Origin: a virus
Lineage: Duplodnaviria; Caudoviricetes
Virus record (IMG/VR): IMGVR_UViG_3300038393_000928
Coordinates: 1 to 50,221 of that record
DNA length: 50,221 nucleotides
Reading direction: 5' to 3' (one strand)
The position numbers were made by a program, and so were the translations under genes. Within the stretch, counting starts at the first letter, position 1. Every line of letters starts with the position of its first letter. The notes below the pieces were generated by a model. It was not told the origin of the DNA and ran no database searches. It saw only the letters and a program-made list of their open reading frames with translations. Shown in pieces: positions 1 to 9,213 of this stretch.

Positions 1-20
1 GCAACACGGTCGCTCTGATC

Positions 21-407
21 GTGGGAAGCCTTCCGCTAGGAACGCGGGTGGAGATCGGTGAGGAAACCCGCACCCAGCGCCAGAACCGGGCCATCCACGG
101 GCTCATCGGCCAGATCATGAAGCAGCGGCCCGTTCACCGCGGGATCGAGATGACCATGGAGGCGTATAAGGCCGCCTTCATGCATGGCCTCGGCCGAGAG
201 ATCGACATGATCCCCAGCCTGGACGGCAAGAGCATGGTCCCGCTCGGTCTGAGCACCTCGGCGCTCAGCGTCACCGACTTCAACCAGTTGGTGGAGTTCA
301 CGTTGGCCTGGGCGGCGAACGAAGGGCTCACCATTCGGCATTTCGATGGCGGCAGGGACGCGGCGGGTGGGGGCGAGAGCTCGAAGCCCGCCGCGCGTGC
401 CGCGTGA
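21..407 (+). CDS. NinB/Orf-like recombination protein (probably 5'-truncated by window edge)
   Basis: RTxxQNxxxHGLIGQI...PSLDG...GLSTSALSVxxFxxLVEFxxAWAAxxG pattern typical of NinB family. Confidence 0.7.
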   Translation: MGSLPLGTRVEIGEETRTQRQNRAIHGLIGQIMKQRPVHRGIEMTMEAYKAAFMHGLGREIDMIPSLDGKSMVPLGLSTSALSVTDFNQLVEFTLAWAANEGLTIRHFDGGRDAAGGGESSKPAARAA

Positions 408-538
408 TGGAATTTCTCACGTTCGTTCAGTGGTGTTTCCGCTCCTCTGAGAGCGGTTTTGTGACGGTGCTTGTTGGCTGGCTCGTCGTAGATGGCCTCG
501 CCAAGATCGTGTCAGCTGCACGTGGGCGGGGCGGATGA
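407..538 (+). CDS. Small membrane protein, 43 aa (not in ORF track)
   Basis: MEFLTFVQWCFRSSESGFVTVLVGWLVVDGLAKIVSAARGRGG; coupled by TGATG upstream and ATGA downstream. Confidence 0.6.
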   Translation: MEFLTFVQWCFRSSESGFVTVLVGWLVVDGLAKIVSAARGRGG

Positions 539-912
539 CCATCAACCCCCTCATGACCCGCGAGCGCGTGGTGATCCCGGATCGCCCGACGCCAAGCAAG
601 GCGGTCAAGATCCGCGTCTGGAACCGCGAGAACGGCATCTGCTACCTCTGCGGAAAGCCGGTCCCGCACGAAGGCCCAACGGTTCGCTACGACCATCGCG
701 AGATGCGCGAGGTCACGGCCGACGACAGCGACGCCAACCTCTACCCGACGCATGAACGCTGCCATGCGGAAAAGACCGCCAAGCGCGATGCGCCGCGGAT
801 CGCCAAAGTTCGGCGTCAGGAAAAGCTCACCAGGCCGAAAGTGAAGAAGGCCGGCGGCCTTACCCATCCCACGCTGAAGCGGACGTTTGATGGTCGGGTG
901 GTGCCGAGATGA
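535..912 (+). CDS. HNH endonuclease
   Basis: CYLCG...YDH...D.NL...H.RCH.EKT motif. Confidence 0.85.
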   Translation: MTINPLMTRERVVIPDRPTPSKAVKIRVWNRENGICYLCGKPVPHEGPTVRYDHREMREVTADDSDANLYPTHERCHAEKTAKRDAPRIAKVRRQEKLTRPKVKKAGGLTHPTLKRTFDGRVVPR

Positions 913-1757
913 CCCAACCCCAATCCAAGGATGGACGGAGAGAAGATATGGCCGTGATCCCGGGGCCTAGCGAACAACCTGGGGGCCGCGACCTGTGTTG
1001 GTTCTCCGATGGCATCGCTAGCGCCGTCGCCGCAAAGTTCTGGCTGCGGGACAATCCTGAGGCCTTGGTTGTCCACTGCGACACCGGGTCGGAGGACGAA
1101 GACAATGCCCGCTTTCGGGCAGATTGCGTCCGCTGGCTGAACCGCGAGATTATCAGCCTCAAGAACCCCGATTTCGCCGACAACTACGCGGTGTGGTCGA
1201 AGCGTCGCTACATGAGCGGTATAGCTGGCGCTCCCTGCACCATGGAACAGAAGGTGACGCCACGGCTCGCCTTCCAGCAGCCCGGTGACGTCCATGTGTT
1301 CGGCTACACCTGGGACAGCAAGGACCGCGAGCGGTTTGAGAACTTCCAGAAGAATTACCCCGATCTTATCGCCCGCGCACCGCTGATCGAGCGCGAGATT
1401 AGCAAGGCCAACTGCCTCGCCATGATGCAGGACACAGGGATTGCTCCGCCCCGAACCTATGCGATGGGCTTCCCGAACGCGAATTGCCTTCAGACGGGAT
1501 GCGTGAAGTCCACCAGTCCGGCCTATTGGGCGCTGTTCCGGAAGGTTTTCCCAGATCGCTTCGCCAAGACGGCCGCTATGGCGCGCGACCTTGGCGTCCG
1601 CTTGGTGATCCTCGATCGCGAGGAGCTGCCTGACGGCTCGGTCAGGAACATCCGCGGATTCATCGACGAGATCCCCGCCGACCAGTCCACGCTCAACCCT
1701 ATCGCTCCTGCGTGCGATTTCCTCTGCCACATCAACGGACAGGACTTGGCCGCATGA
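909..1757 (+). CDS. PAPS reductase-like / PP-loop family protein (alternative start 948)
   Basis: WFSDGIASAVA PP-loop-like motif, EDEDNARF, APCT..K, GFPNANC...GCVK. Confidence 0.75.
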   Translation: MTQPQSKDGRREDMAVIPGPSEQPGGRDLCWFSDGIASAVAAKFWLRDNPEALVVHCDTGSEDEDNARFRADCVRWLNREIISLKNPDFADNYAVWSKRRYMSGIAGAPCTMEQKVTPRLAFQQPGDVHVFGYTWDSKDRERFENFQKNYPDLIARAPLIEREISKANCLAMMQDTGIAPPRTYAMGFPNANCLQTGCVKSTSPAYWALFRKVFPDRFAKTAAMARDLGVRLVILDREELPDGSVRNIRGFIDEIPADQSTLNPIAPACDFLCHINGQDLAA

Positions 1758-1933
1758 CTGCAGAACCGCACAACGTGGGCCAGCGCGTCCGTTCGATATT
1801 CGATGAGCGCGAGGGCGTCGTAATCGAGAGTGACCCCGTCAGGACCCTCATCGAGTTTGAAGATGAGGACCAAGGCGAACCCTTCAAACACCGCAAGTGG
1901 CTTCCTACTCGGCATTGGGAGCCTGTCCCATGA
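1754..1933 (+). CDS. Hypothetical protein
   Basis: ATGA overlaps at both ends; MTAEPHNVGQRV... Confidence 0.65.
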   Translation: MTAEPHNVGQRVRSIFDEREGVVIESDPVRTLIEFEDEDQGEPFKHRKWLPTRHWEPVP

Positions 1934-2649
1934 CCCCTACCAAGAAGGAAGCTGCTGGGCTGCGGGACACGGTCGCTCAGATCATCGGCTCCTATGTCGT
2001 TGTCGACGATCATGGCGGCCCGGACACCGTCACCCTGCATGACGAACTAGGCGGCAATTCGTACGAGGAGAACACCCGCCGCCTCTACGAGCTGACGGAC
2101 GAAGTTCTCTCCTCCCTCCCCGCCTCTGCCCCGGCTGCTGGGGTAGAGGAAGCGGTAGAGCGGGCCGCGCGGATCATCGATCCGTGGGCTTTCAAGCAGT
2201 ACGAGTGGGCCAGCCGCGACGACAACACGGAGGCGCTTCGGACGGCTATCCGGGAGATCGAAGCCGCTCGCACCAAAGCCCGTGAGATCTTCTCCGCCCT
2301 TCCTGTGTCTGTGGGTGGGGATGGTTCATCCGTTGCCAAGAGTGCCAGCGAGGGCCTTCGGCCGTTCGCATCCGAGGGTCAGCGGAAGTCGGAAGGCGCG
2401 ATCCGCCAGCCGCAGGACATCGCGACCGATTGGCTGGAACTGGCCCGCGCCGCTGAGCGGTACTTCGATCGGTATTGCCAAGACGAGGCTGCCGACGATT
2501 TCCATGAGTTCGTTGGGTGCAGCTCGGACCAGCACGCAGATGCCGCGGCCCTCCGCGATGCCTTGAAGGACGTGAGCGCTGACGAGTTGGTCTACGCGCT
2601 CTGCGCCGCCACGGCTCCTCAGAAGAAGCCGGAAGGGGAAGGGTCGTGA
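1930..2649 (+). CDS. Hypothetical mosaic protein
   Basis: ATGA coupling; internal palindromic linker at about 2317-2396. Confidence 0.7.
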   Translation: MTPTKKEAAGLRDTVAQIIGSYVVVDDHGGPDTVTLHDELGGNSYEENTRRLYELTDEVLSSLPASAPAAGVEEAVERAARIIDPWAFKQYEWASRDDNTEALRTAIREIEAARTKAREIFSALPVSVGGDGSSVAKSASEGLRPFASEGQRKSEGAIRQPQDIATDWLELARAAERYFDRYCQDEAADDFHEFVGCSSDQHADAAALRDALKDVSADELVYALCAATAPQKKPEGEGS

Positions 2650-2954
2650 GCGTCCGCAAGAACTACTCCTGCGACTTGTGCGGAAGCGGGATCACCGACA
2701 CGAACGGCGTCGGGATCATCCACATGGCGGCCGGCGACATACGCGCGGTGTGGCTGCACAAGGAGGGGGCCGGTCGCCACCTCTGCAACGGGTGCGTCAA
2801 GGGCCTTAGGGCTATGCTGGCCGACCTAGACCGCACGTCACAGATCCACGCGGAACTAGACGAGGCAGAAGTGGCGGCCCGCTCTCAGGCTGGCACCTCC
2901 GATGCCGAACTAGGCCCCGGGAGGCCAAAAACCCCTTCCTCTGAGGGCGAGTAG
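2646..2954 (+). CDS. Hypothetical Zn-finger-like protein
   Basis: CDLC...HLCNGC; GTGA coupling. Confidence 0.7.
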   Translation: MSVRKNYSCDLCGSGITDTNGVGIIHMAAGDIRAVWLHKEGAGRHLCNGCVKGLRAMLADLDRTSQIHAELDEAEVAARSQAGTSDAELGPGRPKTPSSEGE

Positions 2955-2955
2955 C

Positions 2956-3549
2956 ATGGGCGAGAAGATCACGAAGGCTCAGCGAGAGATCGTCAGTCGA
3001 GACCCGATTGCGGCCCGGCTCGTCGCAAAGCTCGCCCCGGCCGACAACGGCTGTTGGCTCTGGACCGGCTGCAAGAACGAAGACGGCTACGGCACTGCCT
3101 TTATCGACGGGAAGGGGCGGAAGGTCCACCGGGAGATGTACGCACGGTTCAACGGCCCGTTCCCGCCAGGCATGTTCGTCTGCCACCACTGCGACACTCC
3201 CTCATGCGGCAACCCCGCACACCTCTTCGCCGGCACTGCGCGCGACAACATGCGCGACATGGTCGCCAAGGGCCGGGCGGTCTGCATCACGTCGGAGCAA
3301 GCCCACTTCCGCGCCGGCCACTCTCCGCGAGGCGAGGCGACAGCTGCCGCCAAGCTGACCGAGGATGATGTCCGCGAGATAGTGCGGCTGCGCCGTTCAG
3401 GCATTGGCTCGACGGCGATAGGCAAACAGTACGGCGTCAATCGGACCACCATTCAGCGACTGCTCAACGGCCAGACTTGGGGTCACGTGGCCGGTCGTGC
3501 GGCTCTGTCGGAGGCCGAGACACTCAATTCAGGAAAGGAAGGGGCATGA
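2956..3549 (+). CDS. HNH endonuclease (HNH_3 type) with C-terminal HTH
   Basis: CWLWTG...GYG...HR...VCHHCD.PSC.NP.HL..GT..DN..DM..KGR; KLTEDDVREI HTH. Confidence 0.9.
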   Translation: MGEKITKAQREIVSRDPIAARLVAKLAPADNGCWLWTGCKNEDGYGTAFIDGKGRKVHREMYARFNGPFPPGMFVCHHCDTPSCGNPAHLFAGTARDNMRDMVAKGRAVCITSEQAHFRAGHSPRGEATAAAKLTEDDVREIVRLRRSGIGSTAIGKQYGVNRTTIQRLLNGQTWGHVAGRAALSEAETLNSGKEGA

Positions 3550-3731
3550 TCGACCCCGACGATAACGACTTCTACGAGGACTCCGAATGCATGGACTGCC
3601 CCGACTGCTTCGGCGAGGGCGGTTACAACTCCTGCATGGAGGACTGCTGCCCGGCTATCGGCGGTGAAGAGGGCTGCACCGATCCGGCCTGCTGGAGGGT
3701 GTGCAGCACTTGCCGGGGTATCTGCGCATGA
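3546..3731 (+). CDS. Cys-rich small protein (11 Cys in 61 aa, CxxCxGxG)
   Basis: ATGA coupling; CPDCFGEG...CSTCRG. Confidence 0.65.
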   Translation: MIDPDDNDFYEDSECMDCPDCFGEGGYNSCMEDCCPAIGGEEGCTDPACWRVCSTCRGICA

Positions 3732-4615
3732 CCACCCACCCAAACGGGGCGGACAACGCCGAACTGCGACGGGAATTGCTAGAGCCACGCAGGGGCTTCC
3801 ATGCCGGCGACTGTCAGAACTGCGACGAAGACCTGAAACGCCGAGCCGCTGAAGCCCTGGAAGCCGCCGAGCGCGAACGGGACGAGGCGCGCGCTCTGTT
3901 GGCCGAGTTGCCGGATGACCGCGCGCTGATCTACGCCAATCTGAGCGCCCGTGCTGAAGCCGCCGAGTCCAAGGTCTCCGATCTAGAGCGGGAGAGGGAG
4001 AGCCTACGTCGTCAGGCCGAGCAATGGGCGATGGAAGCGCGTGCCCACAAGTCGTCGCTGCATGAGGCCTATCAGGCGGTCACCGGAGCCACCGGCGAGC
4101 CCGGCAACTGGAATGGCGCAAGACCCATCATCGAGGCGTTCGCCGGCCTTGAGCGAAAGCTTGAGATCGCCAACAACCGCATCTCGTTCGAAATCGGCGT
4201 CTCTGAAGACCTAGAGCGACAGCTTGGAGAGGTGCGGGGGGTGTTGGATGCCATGTACGACGAGTACATGAAGGACGAGGCCTGCGACCACACGGTGATC
4301 AATCGGCTCATCGAAGAGGCTCATGCCGCCTTGGGGGCATCATGTACCGAGAGCGGCGGTACGGCTTCGCCGAAATCCGATGGGCTCTGCAAGTCGGAAG
4401 GGTGGGACGCCGCCGAGTTTGATCACTGGTTTCAGGTCGTTCGCGATTGGTCTGGATCCGCACTCGTGGCTGACGAGAAGATCCCCGCGAGGCTGCGGCG
4501 CGAACACCTGCTGGCTCTCTACGGCGACCTTTGCAGCCTAGGGAACTACTTGGCGGCCTGGGCGGACATGGCGCGCCACGTCACTGACGACGGTTCTCCG
4601 CTGGAGGGAGAGTGA
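3728..4615 (+). CDS. Coiled-coil hypothetical protein
   Basis: ATGA coupling; heptad-rich EAAERERDEAR segments. Confidence 0.7.
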   Translation: MTTHPNGADNAELRRELLEPRRGFHAGDCQNCDEDLKRRAAEALEAAERERDEARALLAELPDDRALIYANLSARAEAAESKVSDLERERESLRRQAEQWAMEARAHKSSLHEAYQAVTGATGEPGNWNGARPIIEAFAGLERKLEIANNRISFEIGVSEDLERQLGEVRGVLDAMYDEYMKDEACDHTVINRLIEEAHAALGASCTESGGTASPKSDGLCKSEGWDAAEFDHWFQVVRDWSGSALVADEKIPARLRREHLLALYGDLCSLGNYLAAWADMARHVTDDGSPLEGE

Positions 4616-5076
4616 TGCCCGTCCGCGTTCAACTCAGCCGGGCCAAGGGCTGGCGGATGCCCGAGAACACCGTGAAGGTGGATCGGACGACGCGCTTCGG
4701 AAATCCGTCTCTCTGCACTCGGCCGCATAACTGCTCGCTCGCGCCCTGCGAATGTTGTGGTGGCGATCGGTGCTGCGTGTTGGTTTTCCGAGAGTACGTG
4801 ACGAGCGGCTTAGAGGGCCGCAGCTCTGAGACGGGGTCGCTCTCTGTCGCCTTGGATGCCTACGCCGGGTACCCACGGAGGGCTAGGCTCGTCGAGGGAC
4901 TTCCCAGCCTTCGCGGTAAGAACCTCGCGTGCTGGTGCAAACTGGACGCGCCATGTCACGCTGACGTGCTGCTGGAACTGGCGAACCGAGAGCCGACGCG
5001 CGAAGCCGGAGGCCCCACTGAGGTCCAGCTAGGCCCCGGGAACGCTTCAAATCCTGATCCTAAGGTGCAGCCGTAA
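4612..5076 (+). CDS. DUF4326-like protein
   Basis: R.KGWRMPENTV.VDR.TRFGNP...LRGKNLACWC....PCHADVLLELAN. Confidence 0.8.
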   Translation: MMPVRVQLSRAKGWRMPENTVKVDRTTRFGNPSLCTRPHNCSLAPCECCGGDRCCVLVFREYVTSGLEGRSSETGSLSVALDAYAGYPRRARLVEGLPSLRGKNLACWCKLDAPCHADVLLELANREPTREAGGPTEVQLGPGNASNPDPKVQP

Positions 5077-5288
5077 TGGGCCGGGCCGTGTCGCAAGCGC
5101 AGATGCGCCGCATGAAGCGCGCCATCGAGGGCGAGGGCCTTCCCTTCGCTGGCTACCTGTCCAGGCCGGATGGGAGCGTGCTTGCGCTGGTGGGCGAGCC
5201 CTTGACCTCCCCTGCCGATATGGCGCCACCCTCTGACCCACTCGACGCAGAGCTAGCGGAGTGGGCGGCCAAGCATGGCTATGATTGA
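5076..5288 (+). CDS. Small protein upstream of integrase (possible excisionase/directionality factor)
   Basis: Position and overlap with int; function inferred from position only. Confidence 0.5.
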   Translation: MGRAVSQAQMRRMKRAIEGEGLPFAGYLSRPDGSVLALVGEPLTSPADMAPPSDPLDAELAEWAAKHGYD

Positions 5289-6345
5289 GCTCAAGGGCCT
5301 CTACACGGTCACGGCCAAGGGCCGGACCTATCACTACGCCTGGCGGGGCGGCCCGCGCGTCAAGGCTCCCTACGGCACGCCAGCGTTCGCCGCAGAGTTC
5401 GCCGCGCACCACGCCGATCGCAAAGGCGGCGACAAGTCCAAGATGTCAGGGCTATGCGCCATGTTCCGTGCGTCGGACGCCTGGAACGGCCGCGGCCCCA
5501 AGCCCATCAGCGACAAGACCAAGGCGAGTTGGACCAAGTGGCTCGACCGGATTCAGGAAGAGTTCGGGGATCTGCGCGTCGAGCAGTTCGACAGACCCCA
5601 GATGCGGCCCATCATCACCAAGTGGCGGAACAAGTTCGCCGCGACCCCCAGAGCTGCCGACATGGGCATCCAAGTGCTCTCGCGCCTGCTGAGCTTCGGC
5701 CAGGCCGAGGGCAAGCTCCTGAACAACATCGTGGCCGGCCGCGGCATCGAGACCATCTACAGCGCTGACCGCTCCGGCATGATCTGGACGCAGGCGGATC
5801 TGGACGCCCTGAAGGCCGTGGCCCCGCCCGAGATCGTGCAGGCCGCCATGTTGGCCTCGCTGACCGGCCTCCGCCAATCGGACCTCCTGAGGCTGTCGTG
5901 GTCGCACGTGAAGGCCAACAGTATCGAGATCGCCACCGGCAAGAGCAAGGGCCGCAAGACCACGCTCATTCCGATGTACGGCGAGTTGCGGACCTACCTC
6001 GAGGGGCTGAAGAAGCGCGCAACGACGGTCCTGGTGACGACGCGCGGGCGCCCCTGGAAGACCGGCTTCGGCTCGTCCTGGCGGGAAGCCAGAGACGCCG
6101 CCGGGATTGCAAACCTGCACTTCCACGATCTGCGCGGAACCGCCGCAACCCGGTTCTATCGTGGCGGCCTGTCGATCCGCGAAATCGCGGAGATCATGAC
6201 GTGGTCGGAGGACTACGTTGAGACGCTGATCGACCGCTACGTGAAGAAAGATGAGCTGCTGCTGGACCGGATTCGCAGGCTCGACGAGAACGCATCGGGA
6301 GCATCGAATGCAAAACCCGATGCAAAACTGTCGGGAGCGAGCTAG
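5275..6345 (+). CDS. int: Tyrosine recombinase / phage integrase
   Basis: TGLR, K, HFHDLRGTAAT, IMTW...RY catalytic pattern; N-terminal YHYAWRGG arm-binding-like region. Confidence 0.95.
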   Translation: MAMIELKGLYTVTAKGRTYHYAWRGGPRVKAPYGTPAFAAEFAAHHADRKGGDKSKMSGLCAMFRASDAWNGRGPKPISDKTKASWTKWLDRIQEEFGDLRVEQFDRPQMRPIITKWRNKFAATPRAADMGIQVLSRLLSFGQAEGKLLNNIVAGRGIETIYSADRSGMIWTQADLDALKAVAPPEIVQAAMLASLTGLRQSDLLRLSWSHVKANSIEIATGKSKGRKTTLIPMYGELRTYLEGLKKRATTVLVTTRGRPWKTGFGSSWREARDAAGIANLHFHDLRGTAATRFYRGGLSIREIAEIMTWSEDYVETLIDRYVKKDELLLDRIRRLDENASGASNAKPDAKLSGAS

Positions 6346-6526
6346 ACCATGGAAGCCAAATTCCATAGTATAATCAATGTTCCGGCGTGGTCGGGGCGGT
6401 GTGATTCGAACACACGACCCTCTGCTCCCAAAGCTGGATGCACGCCAATACAGTCAATGCCTTGCGTGTGAAACCCACTTCAGACGGGCGAAACTGAATC
6501 AATGACTTACCAGCTACCTGCAAAAC
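6309..6526. promoter_or_regulatory. attP arms: TGCAAAAC repeats and IHF-like site
   Basis: TGCAAAAC at 6309, 6321 and 6519; AATCAATGACTTA (WATCAANNNNTTR) at 6497-6509. Confidence 0.6.
6388..6434 (-). other. attP core = 3' half of tRNA-Pro(TGG)
   Basis: Reverse complement GCTTTGGGAGCAGAGGGTCGTGTGTTCGAATCACACCGCCCCGACCA contains anticodon loop TTTGGGA, T-arm and CCA; 5' half absent; 42 bp after int stop. Confidence 0.9.
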
Positions 6527-7056
6527 TTTCGGGCGGCTCTGAGGGGGCTCCCTATTGGGGGTTTGTCCATCCGTCAATCGGGGCTGAAGGGCACGCCGCG
6601 TGGTTCGCGAATTGCTGGGTGTATGTCATCGCGTCCGGCCGCGACGAGAAGCCCGTCAAGATCGGGATCAGCCAAGATGTGCCGGCGCGCATCAAGGCTT
6701 TCGAGGCGGGCAACCCCTACGGCCTGCGGGCCGTCTCCACGCATCTCGCGCCTCGCGGAATGGCGCGCCAGGTCGAGCGCCGCCTTCATCGCCTGTTCGC
6801 CGATGTCGCTCTGGGCCGGGAGTGGTTCGAGCTAAGCGCCCACGATGCGGCCAAGCCGATCCCCGACCTGTGCAACAAGGCACGAATGGCCTGCGAGGCG
6901 TACCGGGATGACATCCTGGCGGAGCCAGAGCTCGACGCTCTCATGACCGAGAAAGCCGAGGAGATCACGCGCTTCAAACGCAGGCTGTACCAAGCGACTG
7001 CGGAGAGAGCTTACGAGCGCGCTCAACAGATCGCCGCAAGACGGAGGCGCGCATGA
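6502..7056 (+). CDS. T5orf172/MUG113-like GIY-YIG domain protein (start uncertain)
   Basis: VYVIA...VKIGIS.D...R......GNP...E..LH..FA......EWF. Confidence 0.8.
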   Translation: MTYQLPAKLSGGSEGAPYWGFVHPSIGAEGHAAWFANCWVYVIASGRDEKPVKIGISQDVPARIKAFEAGNPYGLRAVSTHLAPRGMARQVERRLHRLFADVALGREWFELSAHDAAKPIPDLCNKARMACEAYRDDILAEPELDALMTEKAEEITRFKRRLYQATAERAYERAQQIAARRRRA

Positions 7057-7071
7057 AGCGCCTCACGGCGG

Positions 7072-7230
7072 TCACCGCTTCCGAGCGCGGCGCTTGAGCT
7101 CAGCGTCGATGGCTCGCCGGATCAGCGAGACCCGATCCTCGTTATCGGCCAGGGCCGCATCCACCTCAGCCAACATCTCCCGCGTGAGTGGGAGTGTGAT
7201 CCGAATCGGAAACAGCTTGGCGCGCGGCAT
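7072..7230 (-). CDS. Ribbon-helix-helix (CopG-like) regulator
   Basis: MPRAKLFPIRITLPLTREMLAEVDAAL...RVSLIRRAI: beta strand plus two helices. Confidence 0.7.
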   Translation of the reverse strand: MPRAKLFPIRITLPLTREMLAEVDAALADNEDRVSLIRRAIDAELKRRARKR

Positions 7231-7244
7231 GCGAGCCGGTGTGC

Positions 7245-7335
7245 CGTATGTACGAATGTCTGTCAAAGCTCACCTTTTCCGTATGTACGCTATTGACGCT
7301 ATCATATGTACGATATAGCTTCAATCGTAGATACG
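7245..7335. promoter_or_regulatory. Divergent promoters with four CGTA-NN-TACG operator-like palindromes
   Basis: CGTATGTACG 7245 and 7280, CATATGTACG 7303, CGTAGATACG 7326; TTGACG 7293 (+) and TTGACA 7266-7261 (-). Confidence 0.7.
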
Positions 7336-7351
7336 AAACGGAGAGAGGCAG

Positions 7352-7795
7352 ATGACCGCGGAAACCTTCACCTTGGACACCTCGGGCGAGGTACAGTTCC
7401 GTGACAGCCACGGCGAGCTGATGAGCTATCGCTGGATCGAGCTAACCCCCTTCGTTCAGGGGTACATCGAGGCGCTGTTTGCGGAGATCAGCGAGTGGGC
7501 CACGCACACCTATGACGAAGCAGCGGGCGCGCAAGTTCCCCTCGGCTTCCGTCACCTCGCCCCCGAAGCCCTAGCGGCGATCCTGACGGACTGTGAGGCG
7601 ATGCTGAGTAGTCTGCACATCAGCGAAAGTCGGGACAGCGGGCGCAACGCCTGGGACGCCCGTCAAACCGGATGGAAGACCTGGGGGACAACGCCCCGCA
7701 AACGCTTCCCTCCCCTCACCCCGACGCTTGGCGAGGACGGCTTGGGCTACCTCTCCCCCGAACGCTCTGGAGTGAAGAATGAAGGAAATCAATAA
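7352..7795 (+). CDS. Hypothetical protein, first gene of accessory array
   Basis: GGAGAGG RBS; intact ORF. Confidence 0.75.
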   Translation: MTAETFTLDTSGEVQFRDSHGELMSYRWIELTPFVQGYIEALFAEISEWATHTYDEAAGAQVPLGFRHLAPEALAAILTDCEAMLSSLHISESRDSGRNAWDARQTGWKTWGTTPRKRFPPLTPTLGEDGLGYLSPERSGVKNEGNQ

Positions 7796-7796
7796 G

Positions 7797-8084
7797 ATGA
7801 GCTCCCGGAGCCAGCCTTGCGGCGATGGGACCCAGCCCATCCAGCCCCCTACCGCCGAGCCTTCTGCGGCCGAGCGGCTCGTCAGCGCCTTGGCCACTTA
7901 CGATGCCTACGTGGCGAAATGTCCGGTCAACAACTTCGAGATCGATCGGCGCGTCTACGGCCCGAATGACAAGTGCTCGGCGTGCGGGGCGCAGGCGAAC
8001 GGGAACTGCGGAAAGGAGTCGATTGCCTCCTACTACCTAGTCGCAGAAGTGCGAGCCATCGCCAAGGCGGAGGGTCAGTCGTGA
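7797..8084 (+). CDS. Hypothetical protein (CSAC...C)
   Basis: Starts 1 nt after upstream stop; N-terminus encoded by inverted repeat copy. Confidence 0.65.
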   Translation: MSSRSQPCGDGTQPIQPPTAEPSAAERLVSALATYDAYVAKCPVNNFEIDRRVYGPNDKCSACGAQANGNCGKESIASYYLVAEVRAIAKAEGQS

Positions 8085-8284
8085 GCTTCTTGGAAGACAT
8101 CGGACGGTATGTGGACGGCACCCTCCAGGACCGCGATGTCCATACGTGCGACGTCGAGTTCACGCGGGTTCCAGGCAGCGGACGCGAGACCGGAGACGGC
8201 TTCTCGTGCGATTTCGACGTCCTGCTTCAGGGGAAACGAGCGCGGGTCACCGTCAGCGTTACGAAGTCAGAGAACCCGTCATGA
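8081..8284 (+). CDS. Hypothetical protein
   Basis: GTGA/ATGA coupling. Confidence 0.6.
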   Translation: MSFLEDIGRYVDGTLQDRDVHTCDVEFTRVPGSGRETGDGFSCDFDVLLQGKRARVTVSVTKSENPS

Positions 8285-8436
8285 GGCGCGTCCAGCTTGA
8301 GTTGGGTCCGCTCACGATAGCGGTCGGCTTGTTCTGCTGTTTCGAGGCCTCGCGGTCTCCGCCAGGGCTCGCGTTTGGCCCGTTCGCCATGATGTGGACG
8401 CCTAGCCTTCCAGGTTGGGGGATCAGCTTTTGGTAA
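8281..8436 (+). CDS. Small hydrophobic protein
   Basis: ATGA coupling; MRRVQLELGPL... Confidence 0.5.
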   Translation: MRRVQLELGPLTIAVGLFCCFEASRSPPGLAFGPFAMMWTPSLPGWGISFW

Positions 8437-8506
8437 GCCAAAGAAGCCGAGAACCCGTCATGAACCCCCTAGTGAGTTCTGAGACCGTTCCAGATCACGG
8501 AGAAGG

Positions 8507-8983
8507 ATGATGCCGGCGCCAATGACGGCTGAGAAGTTCTGGTCGAAGGTCGATCGCTCGGGTGGCGAGGGTGCTTGCTGGCCGTGGCTGGGGTCGTTCT
8601 TCGAGAACGGATATGGCCAAGTCTCCTGGAACTACAAGAAGCTGCGCGCTCATCGCGTCGCCTACACCCTGACCAATGGTCCGATCTCAGACGGCCTGCT
8701 GCTCGACCACATCGAATGCAAGAATCGAGCGTGCTGCAACCCGGACCATGTTCGACCCGTCACGCCGCAGATCAACTCGATTGAGAACAGCGACGGACAG
8801 TCCGCGCTAAACGCGGCGAAAACGCACTGCCCACAGGGTCATGCCTACGCTGGTGACAATCTGATCTTCGGAAAGGGAAGGCGCGGACGCCCCGAGCGCA
8901 GATGCCGAACCTGCCATCGAGAGAAGAATGCGAAATGGCGGGCCAACGCCAGTTCGGAGACGAAGCAGGGGATCGAACCGTGA
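8507..8983 (+). CDS. HNH endonuclease (HNH_3 plus KTHCPQGH Zn domain)
   Basis: FWSKVD...CWPW...GYG...AHRVAY...DH..C.NR.C.NP.H; KTHCPQGH...R.CRTC. Confidence 0.9.
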   Translation: MMPAPMTAEKFWSKVDRSGGEGACWPWLGSFFENGYGQVSWNYKKLRAHRVAYTLTNGPISDGLLLDHIECKNRACCNPDHVRPVTPQINSIENSDGQSALNAAKTHCPQGHAYAGDNLIFGKGRRGRPERRCRTCHREKNAKWRANASSETKQGIEP

Positions 8984-9213
8984 CGGACATCGTCACCCAG
9001 CAATTCCGCATCAGGGCGCGGCTGAGCATCGCGGATTGGGAGTACGTCTGCGCCGCCCTGAACGACGCCTACGCGCTGCGGGCGGTCAACGCGTATATCG
9101 CCGAGCACAAGGTCCGCTGCTACTCGGACGTGGGCGGCATGGCCAGGCGGACCGCCTTCCAAGAGGTCGAAGACCTGATTTCCAAGACCAAAGCAGGGAT
9201 CGAAACGCCATGA
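8980..9213 (+). CDS. Hypothetical protein
   Basis: GTGA/ATGA coupling through repeated junction. Confidence 0.65.
   Translation: MTDIVTQQFRIRARLSIADWEYVCAALNDAYALRAVNAYIAEHKVRCYSDVGGMARRTAFQEVEDLISKTKAGIETP

Noticed and set aside
6388-6470. Complete phage tRNA-Pro gene
   Set aside because: The 5' strand of the anticodon stem, the D-arm and the 5' acceptor strand are missing; this is an att core.
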